From sequence record NC_101840.1: a DNA stretch of 49,798 nucleotides. One strand, 5' to 3'. The DNA comes from a phage. Below the pieces are notes generated by a model. It saw only the letters and a program-made list of their open reading frames with translations. It made no database searches and was not told the origin of the DNA. Made by a program: the position numbers and the translations under genes. Position 1 is the first letter of the stretch; the number at the start of each line of letters is the position of its first letter. Positions 18,230 through 27,104 of this stretch are shown here, one piece after another.

Positions 18230-21200
18230 ATGGCTAAATATATGATAAGCGGCAGTAAGGGAGGCGGTCAAAAGCCCTACGTGCCAAAAGAGATGGAAGA
18301 TAACCTGATCTCGATAAACAAGATTAAAGTTTTGCTGGCTGTATCTGATGGCGAGTGCGATCCAGATTTTACGTTGCGTGATCTTTATCTTGATGATGTT
18401 CCGGTTATTGCCAGCGATGGCACTGTTAACTACGAGGGAGTTACGGCTGAATATCGACCAGGCACGCAGACGCAAGATTACATCCAGGGTTTTACTGACA
18501 CATCAAGTGAGGTTACAGTTGCCAGAGATATTACCGGAGACAATCCTTATGTTATTTCTGTTACAAATAAAAATCTATCTGCGGTAAGAATAAAGATCCT
18601 GATGCCAGTAGGCATTAAAACAGAGGATAACGGCGATCTTGTTGGCGTAAGGGTTGAGTATGCCGTAGATATGGCTGTTGATGGCGGTTCTTATAGCGAG
18701 GTTATGAGAGATGTAATTGACGGCAAGACAAGATCAGGATACGACCGCAGCAGAAGGATTGATCTTCCTAAGTTTGATGAGCGCGTTTTAATCCGAGTAA
18801 AGCGACTGACTCCAGACAGCACATCTTCAAAGGTGACTGATAAAATCAAGCTGCAAAGTTACGCTGAGGTTGTTGATGCAAAATTCCGCTATCCTCTGAC
18901 TGGACTTGTATTCGTAGAATTTGACAGCGAATTGTTTCCTACGCAAATCCCTAACATTTCTATAAAAAAGAAATGGAAGATTATTAATGTGCCAAGCAAC
19001 TATGATCCAATATCAAGAGAATATCACGGGTCATGGGATGGGACTTTTAAAAAAGCGTGGTCAAATAATCCTGCTTGGGTTCTTTATGATCTGGTGACAA
19101 ATCAGCGTTATGGACTTGATCAGCGAGAGTTAGGAATACAGATCGACAAGTGGAGCTTATACGAGGCGGGCGTTTACTGCGATCAGAAAGTTCCAGACGG
19201 TAAAGGCGGCACTGAGCCTCGCTACCTATGCGATGTGGTGATTCAGAATCAAGTTGAGGCTTATCAGCTAATCCGTGACATTTGCTCAATCTTTCGCGGA
19301 ATGAGTTTTTGGAATGGTGAGAGCTTATCAATCGTGATTGATAAGCCGCGCGATCCATCATACGTGTTTACTAATGAAAACGTCATCAACGGTGATTTTC
19401 AGTACACAAACGCAAGCGAAAAAAGCATGTACACGCAGTGTAACGTGACGTTTGACGACGAACAAAACATGTATCAGCAGGACGTAGAGGGGGTTTTTGA
19501 TACTGAGGCGGCATTACGATTTGGATACAACCCAACAAGCATTACAGCGATCGGGTGTACGCGCAGGAGCGAAGCGAATCGTCGCGGTCGTTGGGTTTTG
19601 AAAACAAACCTTAGAAGCACTACTGTAAACTTTGCTACCGGACTAGAGGGGATGATTCCATCAATAGGTGATGTTATTGCTATCGCTGATAATTTTCAGA
19701 GTAGCAACCTAACGTTAAACCTATCGGGCCGAGTAATGGAAGTTTCAGGGCTGCAGGTTTTCGTTCCGTTTAAGGTTGATGCTCGCCCTGGTGATTTTAT
19801 TATCATCAACAAGCCGGACGGCAAGCCAGTTAAGCGCACGATCTCAAAGGTTAGCGCAGACGGAAAAACCATTGAGTTAAATATTGGATTTGGTTTTGAT
19901 GTTAAGCCTGATACTGTTTTTGCGATTGACCGTACTGATCTTGCGTTGCAGCAATACGTTGTGACAACCATCAGCAAGGGTGATGACGAAAACGAGTTTA
20001 CCTATTCAATCACGGCTGTAGAGTACGATCCGAACAAATACGACGAGATTGATTATGGAGTAAACATTGATGACAGACCGACTTCAATTGTTCAGCCTGA
20101 CGTGATGGCAGCGCCTGAGAACGTTAAGATCTCATCTTATTCTCGCGTCGTGCAGGGTGTTAGCGTTGAGACTATGGTTGTTTCATGGGATAAGGTTCCT
20201 TACGCATCGCTTTATGAAATGCAGTGGCGAAAAGGTGATGGTAACTGGCTGAATACGCCGCAGACCGCTAACAAAGAGATAGAGGTAGAAGGGATTTACT
20301 CTGGCAACTACCAAGTAAGGGTGAGATCCGTTTCTGCAAGCGGTAACGCTTCCCCGTGGTCAAAGATTGCAACCGCCACTCTGACAGGTAAAGTTGGCGA
20401 GCCAGGAGCGCCGATTAATCTTACGGCTTCTGATAATGAAGTTTTTGGCATTCGTGTCAAATGGGGTATGCCGGAAGGATCAGGCGATACGGCTTACATT
20501 GAGCTTCACCAATCGCCAGACGGAACGGTTGAAAACTCAAGTCTGCTTACGCTGATTCCATATCCTCAATATGAGTATTGGCATAGCACGTTACCAGCGG
20601 GGCAAGTTGTATGGTATAGAATCCGCAGCGTTGACAGAATAGGCAACGTTTCAAGCTGGACTGACTTTGTTCGCGGCATGGCGTCAGATGACGTTGAATC
20701 TGTTTTGGGCGACATTCTGGACAAGATTTTTGATACAGAAGCTGGTCAAGAAATCAAAGAGAACGCCATAGACAGTGCCAATAAAATCAAAGACCAGGCG
20801 CAATCAATCATACAGAACGCGTTGGCAAATGATGCAGATGTGAAGTGGACGCGAGTGCAAAACGGAAAGCGCAAGGCTGAATATGGTCATGCTCTTGAGC
20901 TTATCGCCAATGAAACAGAAGCGCGCGTAACTCAAATCGAAGAGTTAAGGGCTTCAATTGATGGCGAGATAACATCAAGCATCAAGACAGTGCAGGAGGC
21001 AATTGCCACTGAATCAGAGACGCGAGCGACTCAAATTCAGCAGCTTGATTCTAAATTCACAAAAGAAATCGACGGCGTGCGCAAGGATACTTCTGCAAGC
21101 ATTAGCGATGTAAGGCAGACAATCACTAACGAGTCAGAAGCGCGCGCTCAGGCCGTTCAGCAGCTTGACGCTAAGTTCACGAAAGAGATAAACGACCTTG

Positions 21201-21808
21201 ACGGAGTTATCAAAACAGAAGTCGAGGCTAACATCTCAGAAGTGAAACAGGCGATCGCCAATGAGACAGAGGCAAGGGTTCAGGCTGACCAGGCATTAAC
21301 AGCACGATTTGGCGACGTTGAATCTGCATTGGTTGAAAAGTTGGATTCTTGGGCGAGCGTTGATTCAGTTGGCGCTAAATACGCTATGAAACTTGGCCTT
21401 ACTTACAAAGGCCAGCAATACAGCGCAGGAATGGTGATGCAGCTTTCGCAGGGTTCATCCGGCCTTATCTCGCAAATTTTGTTTGATGCTAACAGGTTCG
21501 CCATTATGACTAGCTCTACTGGAGGGACTTTTACTTTGCCTTTCGTGGTTGAGAATAATCAGGTTTTCATTAATAGTCTTTTGGTGAAGAACGGTTCAAT
21601 CACTAATGCGATGATTGGTAATGTGATTCAGTCAAACAACTTTGTTCAAAACCAGCAAGGATGGAGGCTTGATAAAAACGGAATCTTTGAGAATTACGGA
21701 TCAACGCCAGGAGAAGGAGCTACTAAATTCACCAATGAGGGATTGAAGGTAAAAGATGCAAACGGAGTATTGAGGGTTGAAGTCGGAAGGATTACCGGAA
21801 GCTGGTAA
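18230..21808 (+). CDS. central tail fibre / host specificity protein (lambda J-like, about 1190 aa)
   Basis: length, position after I-like gene, fibronectin-III-like middle region, repeat-rich C-terminus; start from internal ATG of track ORF 18179. Confidence 0.85.
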   Translation: MAKYMISGSKGGGQKPYVPKEMEDNLISINKIKVLLAVSDGECDPDFTLRDLYLDDVPVIASDGTVNYEGVTAEYRPGTQTQDYIQGFTDTSSEVTVARDITGDNPYVISVTNKNLSAVRIKILMPVGIKTEDNGDLVGVRVEYAVDMAVDGGSYSEVMRDVIDGKTRSGYDRSRRIDLPKFDERVLIRVKRLTPDSTSSKVTDKIKLQSYAEVVDAKFRYPLTGLVFVEFDSELFPTQIPNISIKKKWKIINVPSNYDPISREYHGSWDGTFKKAWSNNPAWVLYDLVTNQRYGLDQRELGIQIDKWSLYEAGVYCDQKVPDGKGGTEPRYLCDVVIQNQVEAYQLIRDICSIFRGMSFWNGESLSIVIDKPRDPSYVFTNENVINGDFQYTNASEKSMYTQCNVTFDDEQNMYQQDVEGVFDTEAALRFGYNPTSITAIGCTRRSEANRRGRWVLKTNLRSTTVNFATGLEGMIPSIGDVIAIADNFQSSNLTLNLSGRVMEVSGLQVFVPFKVDARPGDFIIINKPDGKPVKRTISKVSADGKTIELNIGFGFDVKPDTVFAIDRTDLALQQYVVTTISKGDDENEFTYSITAVEYDPNKYDEIDYGVNIDDRPTSIVQPDVMAAPENVKISSYSRVVQGVSVETMVVSWDKVPYASLYEMQWRKGDGNWLNTPQTANKEIEVEGIYSGNYQVRVRSVSASGNASPWSKIATATLTGKVGEPGAPINLTASDNEVFGIRVKWGMPEGSGDTAYIELHQSPDGTVENSSLLTLIPYPQYEYWHSTLPAGQVVWYRIRSVDRIGNVSSWTDFVRGMASDDVESVLGDILDKIFDTEAGQEIKENAIDSANKIKDQAQSIIQNALANDADVKWTRVQNGKRKAEYGHALELIANETEARVTQIEELRASIDGEITSSIKTVQEAIATESETRATQIQQLDSKFTKEIDGVRKDTSASISDVRQTITNESEARAQAVQQLDAKFTKEINDLDGVIKTEVEANISEVKQAIANETEARVQADQALTARFGDVESALVEKLDSWASVDSVGAKYAMKLGLTYKGQQYSAGMVMQLSQGSSGLISQILFDANRFAIMTSSTGGTFTLPFVVENNQVFINSLLVKNGSITNAMIGNVIQSNNFVQNQQGWRLDKNGIFENYGSTPGEGATKFTNEGLKVKDANGVLRVEVGRITGSW
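20898..21312 (+). repeat. four imperfect roughly 40-codon repeats in the C-terminal part of the J-like gene
   Basis: peptide repeats ETEARV-TQIEEL / ESETRA-TQIQQL-DSKFTKEIDGV / ESEARA-QAVQQL-DAKFTKEINDLDGV / ETEARV-QADQAL. Confidence 0.4.
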
Positions 21809-21836
21809 AAAAGGGGGCATAGCCCCCTTTAATTTT
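21807..21836. terminator. bidirectional terminator between convergent genes
   Basis: A-run, GGGGGC-ATA-GCCCCC hairpin, T-rich tail. Confidence 0.5.
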
Positions 21837-22449
21837 AATCATAGTGTGATGCATTTATAACCAAAACAGATGAAGCGGTGTAAATACCAACAGGTCCAGG
21901 AGTTTGTGCAACCTGCCTAGAAAAAGAGTAGATCCCGTTACCATACGCGGCAGCTTGAGACTCAAAAATCATGAATCCACCTAAAGCCGGATTAGGAACA
22001 GAGTTTAATGCTGTCAGTGATGGCATTATGGCGCAAGGATAGCCCATGTTAACATCAAATGCGATCCCGCTTACGCCTACTTGCTTTGCATCTAGCGGCC
22101 TCATTTTTCCATGATAAACCATTTCACCATGAGCATTATAAAACGCTATGCCGTGACTACCTGGGGGAGTCACCATATTACTAAAAGCATAAACAATAAC
22201 CTCACCCTGATTATCAGATCTATCAAGTCTTATTGCGTGCCTTCCACCATTGTTAAATTGCGTGAATGATATGTATGATTTAGCGGTCAATCTAACAAAG
22301 AAAAAACATACCCTATCAACAGGAATTGACGAAGTAAAAACGGTTCCGGTATTAGCAGATATTACGGCCCGATCAATTAGATTAACTGGAGTGAAATCTG
22401 GACTTAACCATAACGATCCGTCTGATTTTTTTATACTCATCCCGTACAT
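21835..22449 (-). CDS. hypothetical protein (about 204 aa)
   Basis: track ORF 21835..22461; first ATG with GGGGGTG RBS. Confidence 0.45.
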   Translation of the reverse strand: MYGMSIKKSDGSLWLSPDFTPVNLIDRAVISANTGTVFTSSIPVDRVCFFFVRLTAKSYISFTQFNNGGRHAIRLDRSDNQGEVIVYAFSNMVTPPGSHGIAFYNAHGEMVYHGKMRPLDAKQVGVSGIAFDVNMGYPCAIMPSLTALNSVPNPALGGFMIFESQAAAYGNGIYSFSRQVAQTPGPVGIYTASSVLVINASHYD

Positions 22450-22451
22450 TA

Positions 22452-22730
22452 TCACCCCCAAAAAGTATATATATATCTTGAATCAGATCCAGAAAGCCCA
22501 CTCCATGTAACGGTGTCGCCACTTACCCCTAAGTTTGGTGCGCCAGGGTCGCCACCACGCCAGGAATTCATGCCAACATATATTGCTTTCAATGATTTAC
22601 CTGGCGGCCTGTTTTGGTAAGTCTTGCTACCTGATGGCTGAGTGAATTTATCAAGGAAGAAAACAGGCGTTAAAAGTCCTGTAACTTCCCTTCCTCGATC
22701 GTCATATATTGCATAACCATATTGCGCCAT
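22452..22730 (-). CDS. hypothetical protein (92 aa)
   Basis: track ORF; GAGGTG RBS; start overlaps upstream stop. Confidence 0.45.
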   Translation of the reverse strand: MAQYGYAIYDDRGREVTGLLTPVFFLDKFTQPSGSKTYQNRPPGKSLKAIYVGMNSWRGGDPGAPNLGVSGDTVTWSGLSGSDSRYIYTFWG

Positions 22731-23005
22731 TAATTACACCTCAAATCAATAAATTTACTTTCATTTTGCCAACGGTTGATAAATTTAACTTCTTTATTGT
22801 CAACGCTCAACCTGTATTGCTTTTGGCTGAATCTGTTTTCGCGGACTGCATTAATTTTGACTTCATGGAATCCGTTAACAGGGAATGTTTTAACGTTAAA
22901 TTTTGCCGTGCAATCGATCTCCTTGAAGTTGCCAGTAGGCGACGCTGCGCATCCTGTCAGAGCGGCTACAGTGGCGATAACTGCGATTAACTTTTTCATC
23001 TTCAA
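22730..23005 (-). CDS. outer-membrane lipoprotein, candidate superinfection-exclusion (Cor/Llp-like) protein
   Basis: signal peptide with lipobox LTGC; AAGGAG RBS; first gene of leftward operon beside tail genes. Confidence 0.5.
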   Translation of the reverse strand: MKMKKLIAVIATVAALTGCAASPTGNFKEIDCTAKFNVKTFPVNGFHEVKINAVRENRFSQKQYRLSVDNKEVKFINRWQNESKFIDLRCN

Positions 23006-23054
23006 TACTCCTTAGTTGTTGTTGAATGCAACTATACACGATCTTGGGCATCGC

Positions 23055-23076
23055 GTTTAGCAAAAAGTGCTATTTG
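23055..23076 (-). promoter_or_regulatory. conserved junction box, sense to leftward lipoprotein operon
   Basis: GTTTAGCAAAAAGTGCTATTTG on + strand; TATAGT hexamer about 21 nt downstream on minus strand. Confidence 0.5.
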
Positions 23077-23442
23077 TTATTTTTTGTTTTCCGGTGTTAT
23101 CGAATTTAAGACGGCGTAAATTTAGCGCAAAATTTAGACAACATAAGATCAATAAACAATCAATAAAATAGATATATACATATAAAATCAATAGTTTATT
23201 TATGTATGTATGTATATTTGTTTTTTCTTGTTATCTGCGTTTCTTGTGGTTTTGGTTGTTTGTGGTGATTTTTCTTTCTGAGTATCTGTATGTGCCATCA
23301 TTCATGTGTATGTATATAATCCGGCGTATCTGAGAGAGCATGGGAACAAGAAAAATAACACACATTAATCATTAACTTATGAGTCAAATCTGTTTTCTTG
23401 CCATCTGAGAACGTTTAGAAAACAGAAAAAACAAAACAGCTA

Positions 23443-23470
23443 TTGACTAAATCAACCAAATGGCTACAAT
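23443..23470 (+). promoter_or_regulatory. sigma70-type promoter (TTGACT-N16-TACAAT) for recombination operon
   Basis: near-consensus hexamers with 16-nt spacer about 30 nt upstream of ATG 23501. Confidence 0.5.
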
Positions 23471-23500
23471 GCACGCATAAAGCAACAAGGAGCATTAAAG

Positions 23501-24556
23501 ATGAGTGATTTTAACGCCTACACTAGCGAAGAAATGAGCAACGAGCTTTATCATGATCCTAACGCGTGGACGGCTGAATATGTCAGCGGTTCCAGCCTAG
23601 CGGAGATTTACAGCACTTGCCCGGCGTACTGGAAGTACAAGCCGCGCCAGGAAACTAAAGCACTTGTTTTCGGTACGCAGTCGCATACCAACTTTGAAAG
23701 CAAGGAGCTATTCGAAAAAACATATCGCCGCGCACCGTCGCAGGATGATTTTAAAGATCTGATCACTAGTCAAACGGCGTTAGCATCAAAGCTGAAATCT
23801 TTTGGCCTGAAAGGTACAACGGGCAAACAATACCCTGAATTACTGGAAATGCTGTACAAGTGCGGCGAGGATCTCAATGTGTGGTGGCTTATCGAAATGA
23901 TGGCAGAATGCCAGGCCGCAGCGGACGGAGTGCAGTTAATAGACGCTAAAGATTATGATGCCTGTGTAGCGATGCGGCGCGTACTTGAGGCCATACCGGA
24001 GCATAACGCTTGCATGAACAGCCCAACCGCGCAGCGTGAAATGTCAATATTTGGGATCATCAACGGCGTAAAAGTAAAAGTGCGTCTTGATCACGTTGAC
24101 GTAAACAAGGATGTAAAGGCAACAATCATTAACGGTTACGACGAAAAAGGCAGGCCGATTTATGAAGAAGTCACCTATCCAGAAGCGGTGATTATCACTG
24201 ACTACAAAACAACGGTTAGCGCAAATCCGGTTGACTTCCAGCGCCTGGCTTACAATCACGGCTATTATCTTAAAATGGCTTTGCAACATGACTTATTCAA
24301 AAAGGCTTATCCAGACGAGGAAAGGCCAGTAATTGTAAGATTGCTTGCGCAGGAGAAGAAAGAGCCTTACTTGCCGCTTGCTTTCCGCATGAATATTGAG
24401 CAATTGAAGATCGGGCGCATCCAGTACATGAGCGTGATCAACAAGTTCAACGTTTGCCAGCAGTTAGACGAATGGCCTTCGTATGCAAACGGGCAACCGG
24501 AAATTGATCTTGATACTCCTGATTGGGTTCGTGCTCAATTCAGGCATTATCTTTGA
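23501..24556 (+). CDS. PD-(D/E)XK exonuclease (RecE/YqaJ-like recombination exonuclease)
   Basis: RLDHVD ... ITDYKT catalytic-type motifs; precedes Erf-like and SSB genes. Confidence 0.6.
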   Translation: MSDFNAYTSEEMSNELYHDPNAWTAEYVSGSSLAEIYSTCPAYWKYKPRQETKALVFGTQSHTNFESKELFEKTYRRAPSQDDFKDLITSQTALASKLKSFGLKGTTGKQYPELLEMLYKCGEDLNVWWLIEMMAECQAAADGVQLIDAKDYDACVAMRRVLEAIPEHNACMNSPTAQREMSIFGIINGVKVKVRLDHVDVNKDVKATIINGYDEKGRPIYEEVTYPEAVIITDYKTTVSANPVDFQRLAYNHGYYLKMALQHDLFKKAYPDEERPVIVRLLAQEKKEPYLPLAFRMNIEQLKIGRIQYMSVINKFNVCQQLDEWPSYANGQPEIDLDTPDWVRAQFRHYL

Positions 24557-24631
24557 TAAACTAAACAAATAGCTAAACTTTTATAATGGTTGGTGATATA
24601 ATTCGCCAACCAGATAACGGGAGAATGATAA

Positions 24632-24889
24632 ATGACAGACAAAGACAATGCCACATTATTGCATTTAGAACGATTCATTGATCGAGTAACCATTGCAATG
24701 AAAGAATTTATTAAGCCGATGAACATTAAAGAGTCGGAAGAAATGAAGACTTACATCAAGGACGTGGTTGCATCCATTGACAACGTTATCCTTGTTGCAA
24801 CGATGAGCAAGGGAAACAAAGAGCGCGAGAGGTTGGTTGCTGAATCAACAGAAGAATTTATTAAAATGCTTGAAAGCGAGAAGGAATAA
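24632..24889 (+). CDS. hypothetical protein (85 aa)
   Basis: track ORF with RBS, within recombination operon. Confidence 0.45.
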   Translation: MTDKDNATLLHLERFIDRVTIAMKEFIKPMNIKESEEMKTYIKDVVASIDNVILVATMSKGNKERERLVAESTEEFIKMLESEKE

Positions 24890-25546
<657 letters not shown>

Positions 25547-25589
25547 TAAACGGGGCGCTTGCGCCCCTTTTGTCATAGGAGAAAACAAA

Positions 25590-26042
25590 ATGCACGTTAT
25601 TACAGGTGAGATTCGAAAAGAGCCAAAAGTAAAGCAAATGCCTAACGGCAGCACGCTATATGTTATTGAGCTTTCCGAACGATACAAAGACCGAGAAGGA
25701 AATTGGCAGTATACAAACTATGTGTTTTTCTTTAACGCGAAAACAGACGGCCTGAATGGTTGGTATGCTGAGGCGTTCCAGGTGGGCAAGGTTATTTCTG
25801 TTTCCTGCGATACCTTGCGAGTTGAAACGCGAGAATACAACGGAAAGATTTACAGTACCGTGCAGCCTGGCGGATTTGCAAACTTGCTATTTAGCCAGAG
25901 AGGTGAAAGCCAGCAACAATATCAGCAGCGAACGCAAGGAGGATGGGGGCAACCACAACAGCAACAGCAACAAAATACTCAACAGCAGCCGCAGCAAAGC
26001 AATCAGCCTCCGATTGACTTTGACGACGATATACCATTCTGA
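25590..26042 (+). CDS. ssb: single-stranded DNA-binding protein
   Basis: OB-fold-like N-terminus, Gln/Gly-rich linker, acidic C-terminal tail DFDDDIPF; start from internal ATG of track ORF 25539. Confidence 0.8.
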   Translation: MHVITGEIRKEPKVKQMPNGSTLYVIELSERYKDREGNWQYTNYVFFFNAKTDGLNGWYAEAFQVGKVISVSCDTLRVETREYNGKIYSTVQPGGFANLLFSQRGESQQQYQQRTQGGWGQPQQQQQQNTQQQPQQSNQPPIDFDDDIPF

Positions 26043-26045
26043 TAA

Positions 26046-26076
26046 CAAAAAGCCCCGCGTATGCGGGGCATTTTTT
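26046..26076. terminator. bidirectional rho-independent terminator
   Basis: A-run, GCCCCGC-GTAT-GCGGGGC hairpin, T-run, between convergent operons. Confidence 0.6.
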
Positions 26077-26581
26077 AGTCTAACGTGGTTGGTTTGTTTA
26101 CCAGTGCCGCTACAACCGCTTTTAGCTCGTCAATTTCTTTTCTCATCTCATCGTTTTCCGCTTTCAGTTTCTTAACGTGGTGAATCAGTGGAACAGTGAG
26201 GCGCTCATACATAACGCCTTCCGCCACCATGCCATTACTTGAAGCAATGGCAGGATCTTCTCCTTCTTGCAGCGGTCGCCAGTGAACGTACTCCGGCGCA
26301 ATTTCTCCAACCTCTTCCGCGATTAGCCCGTACCATCCCCAATCTTTACGGTCGCTTTCACAGGTTGACCGATACCACACAGGACGCATTTCAAGCATCA
26401 GATCCGCATATTCATCAATAACCGATTCTACGCTGCTCTTATAACGAGAAGAGGAAGTGGAGCGTAAAACTTGCGACACTCCAGCATTTGGATCAAGCCA
26501 TAAGTTTGCTGATTGAGCGGTTGTGTTAATATTAAATAAATAAAATGCATCGTTACCAGTTAGGGGGGTAAAAACTCCCAC
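26075..26581 (-). CDS. tail-fibre C-terminal intramolecular chaperone domain (peptidase S74-like); probably the 3' part of a frameshifted fibre gene
   Basis: SSSRYK, MRPVWYR and GLIAEEVGEIAPE motifs of self-cleaving fibre chaperone domains; GTG start and overlap with upstream ORF. Confidence 0.55.
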   Translation of the reverse strand: MGVFTPLTGNDAFYLFNINTTAQSANLWLDPNAGVSQVLRSTSSSRYKSSVESVIDEYADLMLEMRPVWYRSTCESDRKDWGWYGLIAEEVGEIAPEYVHWRPLQEGEDPAIASSNGMVAEGVMYERLTVPLIHHVKKLKAENDEMRKEIDELKAVVAALVNKPTTLD

Positions 26582-26813
26582 TATACCTTCCGCTACCCAA
26601 CTCGGATGATAGATCAGTTTGTTTTAGATACGGTTTCAACTTATTGTCAACATCAGCAGTTGATGCTTTTCCTGCAACATCCTGTTTTAGTGTCGAAACG
26701 TCATTTTTCAGCTTCGTTATATCACCAGGAATAGTAGCAACATCCTGTTTTAGTGTTGAAACGTCATTTTTCAGCTTCGTTATATCACTAGGTATAACAG
26801 TGACTGTAGCCAT
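26553..26813 (-). CDS. tail-fibre segment with perfect 20-aa tandem repeat (86 aa); likely 5' part of the same fibre gene
   Basis: AAGGAG RBS; IPxDITKLKNDVSTLKQDVA repeated twice; ends at stop just after a T5/C6 homopolymer. Confidence 0.5.
   Translation of the reverse strand: MATVTVIPSDITKLKNDVSTLKQDVATIPGDITKLKNDVSTLKQDVAGKASTADVDNKLKPYLKQTDLSSELGSGRYSGSFYPPNW
26676..26795. repeat. two tandem 60-bp direct repeats inside the fibre ORF
   Basis: near-identical 60-mers on the + strand with 2 mismatches. Confidence 0.7.
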
Positions 26814-26825
26814 TTTCCTAACTCC

Positions 26826-27104
26826 TTAAGCCCATTCTCTAATAGGCTGATCTAACTCAACCACGTATCCATTAAAAATTACGGCATCAAACTTATCATC
26901 AATGATTCGCACATTAACGAAATAGCCGTCGTTCTTTCGCGCAATCTCCTCGCCATCGTCAGATCGTGCAATTACTGTATAAGTATTGCCGATTACATCG
27001 AGCAGGATTGCATCCTGAATGGATTCGTTATCATCCCAATTAATTTTTCCTAAAAAGGCCGAAAACTCGGCCTTGTCTGAAAATTTTAATGTTAAATCAC
27101 GCAT
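26826..27104 (-). CDS. hypothetical tail-fibre-associated protein (92 aa)
   Basis: ATGA coupling to fibre gene; GGGGGAA RBS; start from internal ATG of track ORF 26826..27149. Confidence 0.45.
   Translation of the reverse strand: MRDLTLKFSDKAEFSAFLGKINWDDNESIQDAILLDVIGNTYTVIARSDDGEEIARKNDGYFVNVRIIDDKFDAVIFNGYVVELDQPIREWA

Noticed and set aside
22709-23015. Plus-strand track ORFs 22709-22990 and 22776-23015
   Set aside because: Antisense to the lipoprotein gene, which has a clear signal peptide, lipobox and strong RBS; no RBS of their own.
26676-26795. Possibility that the tandem 60-bp repeat is a CRISPR array
   Set aside because: Only two units, directly adjacent with no spacers, lying in-frame inside a coding region; no cas genes anywhere.
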